NCBI GenBank assembly: GCA_965660465.1 | Contig: CBFIAI010000003.1 | Span: 72,771-136,770, forward strand | Direction: 5' to 3' | Length of the DNA stretch: 64,000 bases | Origin: Coraliomargaritaceae bacterium | Lineage (GTDB): Bacteria; Verrucomicrobiota; Verrucomicrobiia; Opitutales; Coraliomargaritaceae | Part shown: one piece after another, positions 63,039-64,000 of the stretch | Layout of the letters: every line of letters starts with the position of its first letter | Position numbering within the stretch: position 1 is the stretch's first letter | Translations under genes and position numbers: made by a program | The notes under the pieces: model-generated | What the model saw: the letters and a program-made list of their open reading frames with translations, nothing else | Database searches by the model: none | What the model was told of the DNA's origin: nothing

Positions 63039-63407
63039 ATGTTCCAAGTAAATTTCAGCGAACAAAGCATGCACGAGCTGAATCAGCTCGATACCCGTTC
63101 CCAAATGTTACTGGTCGAGGTAGTCAGTAGCCTGACTCAGGAACAACTAGACAACCCGAGTGAAGAGCTGGGCCGGTTCCACCGAAAGGGGAAGACTTTC
63201 TACCGTGTGCGGGCGGGCGAGTTTCGCATCTACTTTGAGCCGCAGGAAAATACCTTGCACGCTCATTACATTCTACACCGCAATACATTTGCGGACTTCG
63301 CTTTCCGCTCGAAGCTGCCGGTCACGGAGGATTTTCTCGTCGAGCAGGAAGATTCTTTCTGGAAGTATCTGGATTCTCTGCGGCAAAAAGAAGACAAGGA
63401 AGAGTGA
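63039..63407 (+). CDS. RelE/ParE-superfamily toxin-like protein with acidic C-terminal tail
   Basis: FYRVRAGEFRIYFEPQENTLHAHYILHRN matches the RelE/ParE core pattern (YRiRvGdYRiiYei...v..i.hR). The preceding helices contain LDNPSEE. An extra tail of about 35 aa is present (EDFLVEQEDSFWKYLDSLRQKEDKEE). I chose the ATG at 63039. Confidence 0.6.
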   Translation: MFQVNFSEQSMHELNQLDTRSQMLLVEVVSSLTQEQLDNPSEELGRFHRKGKTFYRVRAGEFRIYFEPQENTLHAHYILHRNTFADFAFRSKLPVTEDFLVEQEDSFWKYLDSLRQKEDKEE

Positions 63408-63419
63408 GCGCGATTGCCC

Positions 63420-64000
63420 ATGCCATCATCTAAAGTATCGAACTCTGATTCCGTGAAGTATGCTGATTCTGGCGAAGCCAGCCGCATTTATCTCCTGCCG
63501 AACAGTCTGACCGCGGGAAATCTCTTTTTCGGTTTTCTGGCGATCTTGCGCTGCATCCAAGCGAGTAGCGCGACTGATCCGGAGATCATCAGCCAACACT
63601 ATACCCAAGCGGTTTGGTTTATTCTCTTTTCGGTAGTTTGTGATGCGCTGGATGGACGGGTGGCTCGTCTGGGAGGTCGGGAATCGCTCTTTGGCAAGGA
63701 ATTCGACTCGATCGCTGATATTATTTCTTTTGGAGTAGCGCCGGCGCTGATGATGATTTTCCTGGTCTTTACGCCGACGGTGGAAAAATACCCGTTTTTT
63801 CTGCAAATCAGTTGGCTGATGGGCTTTGTCTATTTGCTTTGTGCGGCGGTTCGTCTGGCGCGGTTTAATGTGTTGACCCATCCGATGATCCCGCCGGCGG
63901 CAATTCTCCGCGAATCGAAAGATTTTCTGGGTCTGCCCGTGCCTGCTGCAGCGGGGATGGTGGCTTCTTTGGTTTTGGTCCTCAATAGCTTTGAGCTACG
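63420..64000 (+). CDS. pssA: CDP-diacylglycerol--serine O-phosphatidyltransferase (partial; 3' end beyond window)
   Basis: My translation from ATG 63420 stays open to the window end. It carries IYLLPNSLTAGNLFFGF and the CDP-alcohol phosphatidyltransferase motif DALDGRVARLGGRESLFGKEFDSIAD. It is not in the ORF track because there is no in-window stop. Confidence 0.85.
   Translation, partial: MPSSKVSNSDSVKYADSGEASRIYLLPNSLTAGNLFFGFLAILRCIQASSATDPEIISQHYTQAVWFILFSVVCDALDGRVARLGGRESLFGKEFDSIADIISFGVAPALMMIFLVFTPTVEKYPFFLQISWLMGFVYLLCAAVRLARFNVLTHPMIPPAAILRESKDFLGLPVPAAAGMVASLVLVLNSFEL

Overview
Mostly housekeeping chromosomal window of about 60 protein genes. I found no rRNA, tRNA or CRISPR array. 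Gene content suggests a Verrucomicrobiota-like genome; this is inference from an Amuc_1100-type pilus locus and prepilin-like leaders, not a search result. The left 15 kb holds two minus-strand operons that together look like a type IV pilus-like / type II secretion-like machine. Operon 1 is a secreted protein, a PilM-PilN fusion, a PilO/Amuc_1100-like protein, a PilP-like protein and a secretin. Operon 2 is a pilin, a GspE ATPase, a GspF platform protein, a large pseudopilin and a GspL-like protein that runs off the window. A 1.7 kb AT-rich noncoding spacer separates the two operons. The rest is core metabolism and maintenance: recF, cysteine desulfurase, M3 peptidase, gmk, an NfeD-NfeD-floA operon, trkAH, rhomboid, prc, nadC-birA-coaX, the complete atpBEFHAGDC operon, trmB, a two-component pair, mnmG-mnmE, recA, miaB, ispH and pssA. 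The accessory or unusual content is: (1) three copies of an unannotated MITE-like element with 18-bp imperfect terminal inverted repeats, two of them with perfect 5-bp target-site duplications; (2) an RHH-antitoxin/VapC module wedged tail-to-tail against atpC; (3) an orphan RelE/ParE-like gene with an acidic tail; (4) an IspH ORF with a long N-terminal extension. Many start codons were moved from the longest-ORF coordinates in the supplied track. Two partial genes at the window edges are absent from the track and were found by my own translation.
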